A stretch of 46,785 nucleotides of DNA from a phage: NCBI GenBank assembly GCA_029337695.3, contig GCA_029337695.3_4851.1; one strand, given 5' to 3'. The translations under genes and the position numbers were made by a program. Positions 33,277-43,725 of this stretch are shown here, piece after piece. The notes beneath the pieces were generated by a model, which was given only the letters and a program-made list of their open reading frames with translations, was not told the origin of the DNA and searched no databases. The number at the start of each line of letters is the position of its first letter. Position 1 is the first letter of the stretch.

Positions 33277-33587
33277 TTTGCTTCTCCCAATGCCTTATTA
33301 ACCGCCGCACGCGCATTATCAAGAGCGCGACGCTTGCTTGATGTTGTCCAGACTTTTCCTGAGTGGTCGTCGTGGATTTCCAGTAGTTGCTGGAGTGCTG
33401 AGAGCAGTTCCGGTGATGCCGCGATTAATTTGGCGTTATGCCATTGCTCTGTTTTGTCGCCGTTATATGTTGGAGTGAACGCAATCTCAACTCCAGTATC
33501 CGAGATAACATCCGGGGCATTATCATCACCAATAACAACCTCCCATTTTCCTTGCGTGCCTTTGAACTCTTTCATCACCAGCCTCAC
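33273..33587 (-). CDS. conserved phage protein, paralog of 45453-45815
   Basis: Shares MKEFKGT.G.W ... AA(S/A)PELL.ALQ ... KALG blocks with the 120-aa protein at 45453-45815. Confidence 0.5.
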   Translation of the reverse strand: MRLVMKEFKGTQGKWEVVIGDDNAPDVISDTGVEIAFTPTYNGDKTEQWHNAKLIAASPELLSALQQLLEIHDDHSGKVWTTSSKRRALDNARAAVNKALGEAK

Positions 33588-33726
33588 TTAATATATTCAA
33601 CAATCTCAACTTCACGCATCTGCACCAGGCCAAATGGTGCAACCACTTTACCGCACGGACGGATTTTGATTTGCTCAAGTCCGAACACCCCGCAGCGTCC
33701 GTTTTCTTTGAATTTGACCATTACCA

Positions 33727-33927
33727 TCATGACCACACCCCAACAATAACGAAGAACAGCACCACAATCATGCTCACAGCACAGAATGGACCGTAAATTA
33801 TGGCGAAGTAGTTTTTTCTTTGTCGCACCCATGGCGTATAGGGAGCGCACAACATAAAAGCAAAAGAAAGAACCCACAGTGTAATTATCGAGCGAGCAAC
33901 AAATTCAAGCGTACTCATGTTTACCAC
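33727..33927 (-). CDS. small membrane protein
   Basis: 66 aa with two hydrophobic segments. Confidence 0.4.
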   Translation of the reverse strand: MVNMSTLEFVARSIITLWVLSFAFMLCAPYTPWVRQRKNYFAIIYGPFCAVSMIVVLFFVIVGVWS

Positions 33928-33936
33928 CTCTCTATT

Positions 33937-33991
33937 TGATGTAGATACTATGCACCACCACTCAATCTACGTCAATACCTGTTGTGATAGA
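33937..33991 (+). promoter_or_regulatory. divergent promoter region with inverted AATCTAC motifs and extended -10 (TGTGATAGAAT)
   Basis: TGATGTAGATA (33937-33947) and AATCTACGTCAA (33963-33974), then TGTTGTGATAGAAT upstream of the endolysin. Confidence 0.5.
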
Positions 33992-34019
33992 ATTAATCAT
34001 TATTTGAACAGGAGGCAGA

Positions 34020-34460
34020 ATGAAACTATCGCAACGCGGCAAAGAGCTAATCAAGTCGTTTGAAGGGCTGGAGCTACGCGCTTATCCTGACCCCGCTACA
34101 GGTGGCGCTCCGTGGACAGCTGGATATGGTCACACTGGTGCAGACGTGAAGCCCGGAATGACGGTAACACAGGAAATGGCTAACGCATGGCTGGATAGTG
34201 ACGTGAAGAAGTTTGAGGATGGCGTATCGGCGCTGTTAACCGCGCCAACCACTCAGTCGCAATTCGATGCAATGGTGTCACTGGCATACAATATTGGTCT
34301 TGGCAATTTCCGCAAATCAACCCTGCTACGTAAGCATAACGAGAAATGCTACACCTGTGCCGCCAGCCAGTTCCTCGCATGGAATCGCGCTGCTGGTAAA
34401 GTTATGAATGGCCTGACACGGAGGCGTAACGCAGAGCGCGCTATGTATATGGGGCAATGA
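34020..34460 (+). CDS. endolysin (lysozyme-like, GH24-type)
   Basis: 146 aa; N-terminal LSQRGKELIKSFEGLELRAYPDPATGG...TAGYGHTG pattern of phage lysozymes. Confidence 0.75.
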   Translation: MKLSQRGKELIKSFEGLELRAYPDPATGGAPWTAGYGHTGADVKPGMTVTQEMANAWLDSDVKKFEDGVSALLTAPTTQSQFDAMVSLAYNIGLGNFRKSTLLRKHNEKCYTCAASQFLAWNRAAGKVMNGLTRRRNAERAMYMGQ

Positions 34461-34687
34461 AAAAGCTAAGCAACTGGCTGCTCGGCGCGTGGATTTCGTT
34501 TTGTTCTCTGCTGCAGCTATGGCCTGATGCAATGATGCATGTATGGGTAATGATGCCGGACGACCTGAAAGCGGCACTACCGCCAATCGTGGTTAAAGGG
34601 GTGAGTTATTCAATCATGCTGGTTGGTATCCTCGGCAAAATGCACGGCATGAGGAAGGAAAACCGGAGGCTGCGCAATGGTGAGTAA
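34457..34687 (+). CDS. putative holin (two TM segments, charged C-terminus)
   Basis: 76 aa, coupled to the endolysin stop; C-terminal KMHGMRKENRRLRNGE. Confidence 0.45.
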   Translation: MKKLSNWLLGAWISFCSLLQLWPDAMMHVWVMMPDDLKAALPPIVVKGVSYSIMLVGILGKMHGMRKENRRLRNGE

Positions 34688-34827
34688 GCAAAGAGATGTA
34701 TTGGTGCTGGAATGGATGCACATAACCAGCAAGGAAGACAATATTGAGTCGGCGTGGCGCGCACTTAAAAAGCGCTCACAATTGGTGCAGTTTGCAACTC
34801 ACCGGTGTTTTATATGGAGGCTGCGCA

Positions 34828-35316
34828 ATGATGACGATTCTCGCTAAATACTGGAGGCCACTGGCAATTATTATAATTGTTGCTGCTGGCGCGTTGTGGG
34901 TGCGTAGTGAAGTCATCAACTACGGCGACCAGCGATACGCAGAAGGCAAAGCTCAGGCAATCGCAGAACAGAAGGCCGCAGACGAACAAGAGGAGCAAAG
35001 ACGCAATGCAGAACTGCAAAAGATTCAGGCCGACGCGCAGCAAAGGATTGATGCTGCGCGTAATGATGCTGTTAATGCTGCCGCTAAGTCTGGCAGGTTG
35101 CAGCAACAACTCGCAAACATCCGCAAGCAGCTTGTCGGATATTCCACCGCTGAGTCCATTGGCAACCCAGCCGCAGAAACCGGAGTTTTGCTTTCCCAGC
35201 TGCTCTCAGAATCTGTCGAAAGAAATCGACAACTGGCAGATTACGCTGACAGGGCAAGAGAGGCAGGACTAGCGTGCCAGAAGCAATACGAATCACTGAC
35301 AAGGAGACAGAAATAA
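34828..35316 (+). CDS. i-spanin (Rz-like)
   Basis: N-terminal TM (LAIIIIVAAGALWV) then coiled-coil periplasmic domain; GGAGG RBS before the ATG at 34828. Confidence 0.7.
   Translation: MMTILAKYWRPLAIIIIVAAGALWVRSEVINYGDQRYAEGKAQAIAEQKAADEQEEQRRNAELQKIQADAQQRIDAARNDAVNAAAKSGRLQQQLANIRKQLVGYSTAESIGNPAAETGVLLSQLLSESVERNRQLADYADRAREAGLACQKQYESLTRRQK
35051..35272 (+). CDS. o-spanin (Rz1-like lipoprotein) embedded in the +1 frame of Rz
   Basis: MLRVMMLLMLPLSLAGC lipobox followed by a Pro/Ser-rich short mature domain, entirely inside the Rz gene. Confidence 0.65.
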   Translation: MLRVMMLLMLPLSLAGCSNNSQTSASSLSDIPPLSPLATQPQKPEFCFPSCSQNLSKEIDNWQITLTGQERQD

Positions 35317-35658
35317 ATGTTCAAATCCGACCTTATCGTCAAGCTGAACAAAAAATCAACGTGGACGCTAATGGAGCCATTAATCTATGAGTTCAGGCAT
35401 CAGGAAATAAAAGTTCCAGCAGGATTTCGCACTGATTTTGCCAGTGTCCCGAGGCTTCCTTACCTGTTCGCTTTCATTGGTGATGTGGGTCAGAAAGCAG
35501 CAGCCGTTCATGATTATCTGTACGCCACCCATTCGGACAGGAATTTCGCTGATGATTGCTTCAGGCAGGCGCTGAAGGATAGCGGAGTGTCATCGCTGAG
35601 GGCTGGCGTTATGTGGCTTGGTGTCAGGATGTTCGGCTGGATAAAGTTTAAGGGATGA
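35317..35658 (+). CDS. DUF1353 domain protein
   Basis: 113 aa with FRTDFASVP resembling the DUF1353 F.TDGAS.P signature; coupled to the Rz stop. Confidence 0.45.
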   Translation: MFKSDLIVKLNKKSTWTLMEPLIYEFRHQEIKVPAGFRTDFASVPRLPYLFAFIGDVGQKAAAVHDYLYATHSDRNFADDCFRQALKDSGVSSLRAGVMWLGVRMFGWIKFKG

Positions 35659-35660
35659 AG

Positions 35661-35688
35661 AAAGCCCCCGTAATGGGGCTTGTGTTTA
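35661..35688. terminator. bidirectional rho-independent terminator
   Basis: AGCCCC-cgtaat-GGGGCT hairpin followed by TGTGTTT. Confidence 0.65.
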
Positions 35689-35812
35689 ATTGGTTTGTTC
35701 AGATTCTTCCCGCTGCTTCCACATCTGCTTCAGCTGAAAATAAGCATACGCCTCATCACCATCTTTCGCATTGCGCTCCATTTGTTCACACCATGCAGAT
35801 GGTTTTGGTGGC

Positions 35813-36121
35813 TCACTCTGCTGGCAATGTTGCTGGCTCATCAACAGATTCCTCAGTCGCAGTTTCAACGATGCGCACCAACGAACACTCAAGGTTCGGC
35901 GCATTGTAATTGCCAGCCAGAAACAGCACGCTACCAGTGCTAATCAGCACCTGCTTTGCGTTCGATTGCGACAGATTCTGCACGATGAATTGCGCTGTTT
36001 CCGTGCCGATTTTCAGCACTGCGCTGCCGTCGCTATTCAGTGATACCAGCTGCGCGGAAGTGTCAGTAATGTTGGTGAAGTTCGCGTTTCGCTGCGCGAT
36101 TGTGATGTCGCAAAAAGACAT
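35813..36121 (-). CDS. hypothetical protein
   Basis: 102-aa ORF coupled to the upstream gene. Confidence 0.4.
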   Translation of the reverse strand: MSFCDITIAQRNANFTNITDTSAQLVSLNSDGSAVLKIGTETAQFIVQNLSQSNAKQVLISTGSVLFLAGNYNAPNLECSLVRIVETATEESVDEPATLPAE

Positions 36122-36759
36122 TATTTAATCTCCAGTTCTTTTGCGCGAATTGCGCTGTCAATGATGTCCTGTAAATCTTGTTCGCGTGATTTGTGTCCGC
36201 GCTCGCCAGCTTGCAACGCCTTCTTGATCAAATGCTGCAATGCTGGGTTGGTGACATTCCACGCCATGAGCACGTCATACACGTCAACAAAAATACCAGG
36301 CCTAATTTCGTGCAGGTATTTGTTTCCAAGTTGCGCCTCATGCCATTTCCCGTCGATGTGGGCCTCGCCAACTTTAACTGGCTTGCATCGGCAATTGGTG
36401 TGACCAAAGGTTGGATATCCTTCAGGCAAGAAATCACCAACAAATGATTTGGTGCTTGCAATGAACCCGCCTCGCTTCACATCCGCTTCCGGTGCGCCAA
36501 TGCATTCATTGAGATCTTGTTCGTCGTCTGCTACTGGCTCACGAATGCCAACTAAAAACCAATTCTCATTATTGCCTATGAAATATGTGTTCTTTTTGTT
36601 TGGCTCCCACATGGTTGCATGAGTTTCCAGTTTTTCGCACCACGCTAAGCGACCATCCATTTTGTGTCGTATTGCTAAGCGCACATTTGCTGGCGCTCCA
36701 ACAAAATCGCAGGCGCTACCTTTAAGCAATCTGTATCTTGTTGTCATTTCTCTCTCCAC
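36121..36759 (-). CDS. hypothetical protein with DUF3310-like C-terminal region
   Basis: 212 aa; C-terminal FVDVYDVLMAWNVTNPALQHLIKKALQAGERGHKSREQDLQDIIDSAIR resembles DUF3310; N-terminal half unassigned. Confidence 0.4.
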   Translation of the reverse strand: MEREMTTRYRLLKGSACDFVGAPANVRLAIRHKMDGRLAWCEKLETHATMWEPNKKNTYFIGNNENWFLVGIREPVADDEQDLNECIGAPEADVKRGGFIASTKSFVGDFLPEGYPTFGHTNCRCKPVKVGEAHIDGKWHEAQLGNKYLHEIRPGIFVDVYDVLMAWNVTNPALQHLIKKALQAGERGHKSREQDLQDIIDSAIRAKELEIK

Positions 36760-37004
36760 TTAATCATCTCGTGTCGCGGCATTGTGACGCGGTTGTATTC
36801 ATCAACATTAAAATTCGCCCGAATCAAATCATACATATCATCTTTAGGCATATCAGCCAGCGCCACATAGCAACGGGCAAAGTAGCGAACATCACGGAGT
36901 GTCAGCGGCTGCCGCTTCTCCACAATGCTGGTGATAATGTCCATCGGCTCTCGTCGTGGTCTTGGCATATTTACTACTCCTTTTCGAAAATTATTGTTGA
37001 CCAA
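36744..37004 (-). CDS. hypothetical protein
   Basis: 86-aa ORF, first gene of the minus operon next to the divergent promoter. Confidence 0.4.
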   Translation of the reverse strand: MVNNNFRKGVVNMPRPRREPMDIITSIVEKRQPLTLRDVRYFARCYVALADMPKDDMYDLIRANFNVDEYNRVTMPRHEMIKWREK

Positions 37005-37041
37005 TCTACATCATTTAGTCAATACTTATTGACGTAGATTG
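36998..37041 (+). promoter_or_regulatory. promoter (TTGACC-17 bp-AATACT) with motif in the spacer and an inverted copy downstream
   Basis: TTGACCAATCTACATCA (36998-37014), -10 AATACT (37021-37026), inverted TTGACGTAGATTG (37029-37041). Confidence 0.55.
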
Positions 37042-37067
37042 TACCACAACGGAAAAGGTGATGTGGA

Positions 37068-37271
37068 ATGAGTGCAGAAAAAGTAATAACAGAAAGATGT
37101 GAGTATTTACGCTCCATGCTTGAAGCTCGCGGAGTTAGCGCTGAAGACATTGACCTATGTCTTACGCACCTCACAAACGCGGTCCTTGAGGGATATCATC
37201 AGGGGCAGGTAGATTACTCGACTGGGGTGCTTCCTGAACTACTGAGAATGGCAACGGTTGGTAAATTTTGA
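37068..37271 (+). CDS. hypothetical protein
   Basis: 67-aa ORF, first of a series of small early-type genes. Confidence 0.4.
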   Translation: MSAEKVITERCEYLRSMLEARGVSAEDIDLCLTHLTNAVLEGYHQGQVDYSTGVLPELLRMATVGKF

Positions 37272-37476
37272 GGAATACACAATGACAACTGACGAATTGT
37301 ACGAAAAATCATTAATTCAGCGACTGAATGAAGTCGAGCGTACTCGCGAATGGCTGGAATGCGAGCTGCGTGAGGTGCGTAACCGTCTGCAACGCAAACG
37401 CAGTCAGCAGAAAGATGTTATCGACTGGTCAGGTGATACGCCGAAATTTAATAATCTTGGGGAGTGGATAAAATGA
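37258..37476 (+). CDS. hypothetical coiled-coil protein
   Basis: 72-aa ORF. Confidence 0.4.
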   Translation: MVNFEEYTMTTDELYEKSLIQRLNEVERTREWLECELREVRNRLQRKRSQQKDVIDWSGDTPKFNNLGEWIK

Positions 37477-37724
37477 CAACGCCACATATGCCGATGATGA
37501 ATGAACATGGATTCTTGAGCTGCCCATTCTGTGGTTGTGATGATGTTGGTATTGCCATAGATGAGGATGGGTGGGAATACATAGAATGCGGGGATTGTTA
37601 TTGCCGTACAGACGCATTCCGTAACAGAGAACTAATGACTAAGTCATGGAATACTCGCAACGGACACCTATACACCACAGAAGACTTCAATCAGGCAGCA
37701 GAGGAACGCGATCATGGACTATAA
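37464..37724 (+). CDS. Lar-family restriction alleviation protein (zinc-ribbon)
   Basis: LSCPFCGCDDVGIAIDEDGWEYIECGDCYC...WNTRNG fits the Lar pattern (CPFCG...C..C...WN.R). Confidence 0.55.
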   Translation: MDKMTTPHMPMMNEHGFLSCPFCGCDDVGIAIDEDGWEYIECGDCYCRTDAFRNRELMTKSWNTRNGHLYTTEDFNQAAEERDHGL

Positions 37725-38202
37725 ATCACAAATTATGCGCGTGATTATGATGCATCCCGGCGCAACGCGTGCATATATTGAAAAGCATTGCGGAGGAAAG
37801 CATTCAAGCACCACGACGCATCGTTTGCATGAGATGCTTGCGCTTGGCTTTATTCGTCGCGAGAAGTCAGTGATTCGTGGCGGTAAGTGGCAGTATAAAT
37901 ATTTCATCTCTGAGGACGCGGCAGGTATTGATGATGCGATTAAGTGTCATTTGCTTGGTAACGCTGGCGCAGAGGTGAAAGAAATCATCGCGGCCACTGG
38001 CATTGACTACAGAATCGCGAAAAGCCGCATTCGCATTATGTTTCATAACGGCGATGTGACGCGAAGCTATGACCACCACAAGAAATTGTGGCGTTACTCA
38101 TGGCATGAAAAGGAAATTAACGTCAGCAACCTGTTCAATTCACTTCTTCGCAACGCAAGAGGTCGTCATGGGAAAAGCGAAACGCAAGAAGAAAGAGTAT
38201 GA
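37714..38202 (+). CDS. putative winged-helix DNA-binding protein
   Basis: 162 aa with two helix-turn-helix-like segments and a basic C-terminus. Confidence 0.4.
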   Translation: MDYKSQIMRVIMMHPGATRAYIEKHCGGKHSSTTTHRLHEMLALGFIRREKSVIRGGKWQYKYFISEDAAGIDDAIKCHLLGNAGAEVKEIIAATGIDYRIAKSRIRIMFHNGDVTRSYDHHKKLWRYSWHEKEINVSNLFNSLLRNARGRHGKSETQEERV

Positions 38203-38327
38203 GCCATTGCCACCATGCGAAATGTCAGGAATGCCGCAGCAGGAGGATGTGATTCTCACCGAAGCTGAGTGGCGAAAGGTGGCAAGAGTGCAAATCATGT
38301 TCCGCAAACTTGCTTAGGATGTACTAA

Positions 38328-38750
38328 ATGAGATGGGCTATTAAGCATAAATCCGGCAGAACTCTGTTTATAACATCAGATGAGTTTATTGCCAATAACC
38401 GTAGAAAGATGGGCTGGATAGTGGAGGGAGTGAAAATGACGAGTAGAGAGCAGTTTGAGGTAAGCTGGTTGCGACGAGGAGGTGAGGAATCAGACCTTGT
38501 TCGTCACGCTGAAAATCACCACGAGGCTGGTAGTGGTAATGTTGGTGGTCAGTACGTAATTGATGATGTCCAAGGGCACTGGCAAACGTGGCAGGCATCA
38601 CGCGAAGCAATTGAGATTGAATTGCTACCAACAACAGAGGTTCACCCATTCGGCCCGAGCGCAGCAAAAATGTTTTGTGAGCTGCATAAAAACACCGTCG
38701 CAGAATGCGCAAAGTCCATCCTCGCCGCAGGTCTGAAAGTTAAAAGTTAA
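38328..38750 (+). CDS. hypothetical protein
   Basis: 140-aa ORF. Confidence 0.4.
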   Translation: MRWAIKHKSGRTLFITSDEFIANNRRKMGWIVEGVKMTSREQFEVSWLRRGGEESDLVRHAENHHEAGSGNVGGQYVIDDVQGHWQTWQASREAIEIELLPTTEVHPFGPSAAKMFCELHKNTVAECAKSILAAGLKVKS

Positions 38751-39083
38751 AGGTGAAAAAATGATTATCCAACTAAACGACATTATGAAAGCAGATATTA
38801 TTCAGCTTGAAGATTATGACATGCAACTGGCGTTTGAAATCGAAACTGTTGAACGCCAACTGCAATATGCGGATAAGAAGAATGACCGCGTCTGACATGA
38901 GAAAGCGCTTAAGGCACGCGACCACATGAAGCGCACACGAGCACTAATCAAAACTAGATTGGATAAGCTGTATTTTGGCGAGGAAAGGATGATTCACGGA
39001 GCTATTCTGGCGCAAATCCGTAAGGAAATGCCTATTGGCAAGTTCATGTCTTACGTTCACCGCGCAAAACAGGAGGCTGGGTT

Positions 39084-39272
39084 ATGAGCGAACCAAAATT
39101 TCCAGAATTGCCAGTGGAGGTTCAGGTTGCATTGATTAATGCAGCAAGTGCAATGGCGACAAAGAAGATTGAGGCAATAGGCAGTGATTACAACAGGAAC
39201 ATAGACTGGTTTCAGAGGGAGTATCAAAAAATCTGCGACGCACTCTACAAAGAAAACAGGGGTAGACCATGA
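39084..39272 (+). CDS. hypothetical protein
   Basis: 62-aa ORF with a GGAGG RBS. Confidence 0.4.
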   Translation: MSEPKFPELPVEVQVALINAASAMATKKIEAIGSDYNRNIDWFQREYQKICDALYKENRGRP

Positions 39273-39609
39273 TTCCATTGCTTTGGATATTATCAGCCTA
39301 CGCATTCGCGCGGGTATTTGAGGCTGATACTCTGTACCAGATGATTTGCTATGGCGCTCTGTTCTGCCTGTCAGGTGCTGCGCTTGCATTTATGGATGAT
39401 GTGATTTCAGACTAACTCCGTATATCTTTTGTTCATCATGGGCTGCTATCATTTAATCAGGAGGTAGCCCATGAATATAATCCCTATCACTTACTTTCTC
39501 ACGCTATACGCACTCACCAATTCGCCATTGTTTGCACTGGCTACCGCCTCATGGTGCTATATCTCCCTGTGTTATAATTCGACCACAAACTAACCGTGGA
39601 GAGTTAACC

Positions 39610-41489
<1,880 letters not shown>

Positions 41490-41491
41490 TA

Positions 41492-42562
41492 ATGGAAAAG
41501 ATTATTTTTACCAAAGATTTGGTAGCCAACTCCGCAGTAGTGGCTGACCAGTGGAAACATCTGACCATCGACCGCAAGGTATTCTGCAATGCAGAAGCTG
41601 AACTGGCGAAAACATACGGCGTTAACGCCACCGCACTGGTAACGAAAGATTACTGGCGCGACGTGGACAACGTCACCACCCGCGTTTTCCGCAACGAGGC
41701 TGGTCAGGACATGATGGCTGACCTGATGGGTATCGCGGCAAACATCAATATCGGTAAGACTGTGGCAATCAGCCGCATTGCTTCCGATGCTGGTAAGGTT
41801 GTTCGCACCCTGTCTGGTCAGGAACCGGAAGATTTGGATAAAACTCGCTACGATTACACTGGCGATGTGATCCCAATCTTCAAGACTGGCTACAGCCGCG
41901 AATGGCGTGAACTGCTGGGCATGCAGTCTGAAGGTTTCGACCCGCTGCTGGACGATCAGGCTAACGTCACCTTCAATCTGCGTTCCGATATGGCGCAGTA
42001 CCTGCTGACTGGCGACCAGACTCTGAACGTGAATGGCGTTTACACTGGTTACGGTATCACCAACCACCCGAACACCATTCAGGTTAACCTGAATGCTTCC
42101 GGCGGTCTGAATATCGACCTGCAAACCGCAACACCAGACGAAATCGTGACCTTCTTCAATCAGGATTTCCAGGCTATTCTGGATGCGCAGAACGTATTTG
42201 AGCAGGTGACTCTGTGGGTTTCCCCGGCAGTGCGTCGCAGCTTCATGCGTCCGTATTCTAATGCAGCCGGCTTCAAAGGCGGCACTGTTGAGCAGTACAT
42301 CACGCAGTTCGGCAATGGTCGCATCGGTAAGATTGGCACCAACTTCCTGCTGACTGGTAACCATTTCGTTGGCTACGTTCGCAACGACATGTACATCCGT
42401 CCGCGTGTTGCTCAGCCAGTTTCCACCTACGCGGCAGCTCGTGCCAACCCGCACGATAACTTTAACTTCCTCGTGTGGTCTGCTTTTGGTTTGCAGATTC
42501 GCAAGGACGCCACTGGCAAGTCCAGAGTGTTCAACGGCTACGGTACGCAAACTCCGGTGTAA
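41492..42562 (+). CDS. major capsid protein
   Basis: 356 aa, coupled to upstream head genes and followed by a strong terminator; codon usage typical of a highly expressed structural gene. Confidence 0.75.
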   Translation: MEKIIFTKDLVANSAVVADQWKHLTIDRKVFCNAEAELAKTYGVNATALVTKDYWRDVDNVTTRVFRNEAGQDMMADLMGIAANINIGKTVAISRIASDAGKVVRTLSGQEPEDLDKTRYDYTGDVIPIFKTGYSREWRELLGMQSEGFDPLLDDQANVTFNLRSDMAQYLLTGDQTLNVNGVYTGYGITNHPNTIQVNLNASGGLNIDLQTATPDEIVTFFNQDFQAILDAQNVFEQVTLWVSPAVRRSFMRPYSNAAGFKGGTVEQYITQFGNGRIGKIGTNFLLTGNHFVGYVRNDMYIRPRVAQPVSTYAAARANPHDNFNFLVWSAFGLQIRKDATGKSRVFNGYGTQTPV

Positions 42563-42563
42563 T

Positions 42564-42590
42564 AAAAAAAGGGGCGAAAGCCCCTTTATG
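42564..42590 (+). terminator. rho-independent terminator
   Basis: AAAGGGGC-gaaa-GCCCCTTT flanked by A-run and T-rich tail. Confidence 0.8.
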
Positions 42591-42605
42591 AATTTGAGGT
42601 GAATA

Positions 42606-42803
42606 ATGGCTAAATACGAAGTGATCGCTCGCGGAATCTTTGTTAAAGAGAAGGGAAAGATTCGTGAATTGCAGCTTGGCGAGGTGATTACCGAGCCAGA
42701 CGAGCATCTGCTACCAAAACTGCGCGTTATGCCAGAACTGGAAAAGACTTTCGAAGTCGCAACCCCGCAACAAAAGACGACAAAGAAAAAGAAAGCAGAG
42801 TAA
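42606..42803 (+). CDS. hypothetical small protein
   Basis: 65-aa ORF with lysine-rich C-terminus, bracketed by two terminators. Confidence 0.4.
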   Translation: MAKYEVIARGIFVKEKGKIRELQLGEVITEPDEHLLPKLRVMPELEKTFEVATPQQKTTKKKKAE

Positions 42804-42804
42804 A

Positions 42805-42832
42805 CAAAACCCGCATCATGCGGGTTTTTTAT
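42805..42832 (+). terminator. rho-independent terminator
   Basis: AACCCGCAT-c-ATGCGGGTT followed by TTTTTAT. Confidence 0.8.
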
Positions 42833-42843
42833 TGGGGGTTTCT

Positions 42844-43692
42844 ATGGCTGTAAGATACGACATATTCACCACGCGGGATGACGGCGAGGTGACGCTTGAC
42901 GAGCTGATGTCCGCTGACTGGACTGCGCTACAGGTTAACGTGATGCCACTTGATTCATCTGGTGCATACACGCCACTGGTTAGCGGAACCGTGTCCGTGA
43001 AGGTGTCGCCATTTGAATATGGCAACTACTGGATTGACGTCAACAATAATAATTATTACGGCGTGGCATTGCGCCTGAAGATAATCAAAACTGAATTGCC
43101 AGCAGCAGTAAGCTCGCTGCGCGTTTCGGTCTGGCGAGCTGGTGTGTCTCCGCAATCGGTAGTAAACCTTCAGCCTGATGTGGCACTAAGCGACATCACC
43201 ACGCAATCATATATTGAGCGCGCTAACAAGCAAGGCAAGCTGTTCACTGCGTCGCGCAGAGTAACTGATGTCGCTGGCAGCTCAAGCCTTGACAGTATCT
43301 TTATCACCGGAACAAAGCAGGTGATATTCAATCAGCGCATTATTGGTTACACAGGGAAAGGTGTTGTTGCATCAATCTATCGCGGCGCAGTTGCCACTGG
43401 CGGCACTGCTGCGGAGATTAATAATCCCAACGACATAACGCCACAAGCAGCTACGGCGCAGTTAATCACTGGCGCTACCGTGACAAACGTCGGGCAGCTG
43501 ACGGTAGCAGCGACATATAGTGAGGGTAACGCATCGAATCAGGGACAGGGTAACTCTCAGGCTCGATTGGGTGAGCAAATTATCATGGCACCAAACACAA
43601 CGTATCTGCTCCGCATAACATCACTGGATACTGCGGTGCAGAATATCAATGCTTACGTTTCATGGTTTGAGGATGATACTTATCTGGCGTGA
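42844..43692 (+). CDS. putative virion structural protein
   Basis: About 283 aa from MAVRYD..., Ser/Thr/Gly/Val-rich beta-type composition, near the capsid genes. Confidence 0.4.
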   Translation: MAVRYDIFTTRDDGEVTLDELMSADWTALQVNVMPLDSSGAYTPLVSGTVSVKVSPFEYGNYWIDVNNNNYYGVALRLKIIKTELPAAVSSLRVSVWRAGVSPQSVVNLQPDVALSDITTQSYIERANKQGKLFTASRRVTDVAGSSSLDSIFITGTKQVIFNQRIIGYTGKGVVASIYRGAVATGGTAAEINNPNDITPQAATAQLITGATVTNVGQLTVAATYSEGNASNQGQGNSQARLGEQIIMAPNTTYLLRITSLDTAVQNINAYVSWFEDDTYLA

Positions 43693-43695
43693 TAA

Positions 43696-43722
43696 AATAA
43701 AAGCCCCTTCCGGGGCTTTTGA
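43696..43722. terminator. bidirectional rho-independent terminator
   Basis: AAGCCCC-ttcc-GGGGCTT flanked by A-run and T-run between convergent genes. Confidence 0.8.
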
Positions 43723-43725
43723 TTG

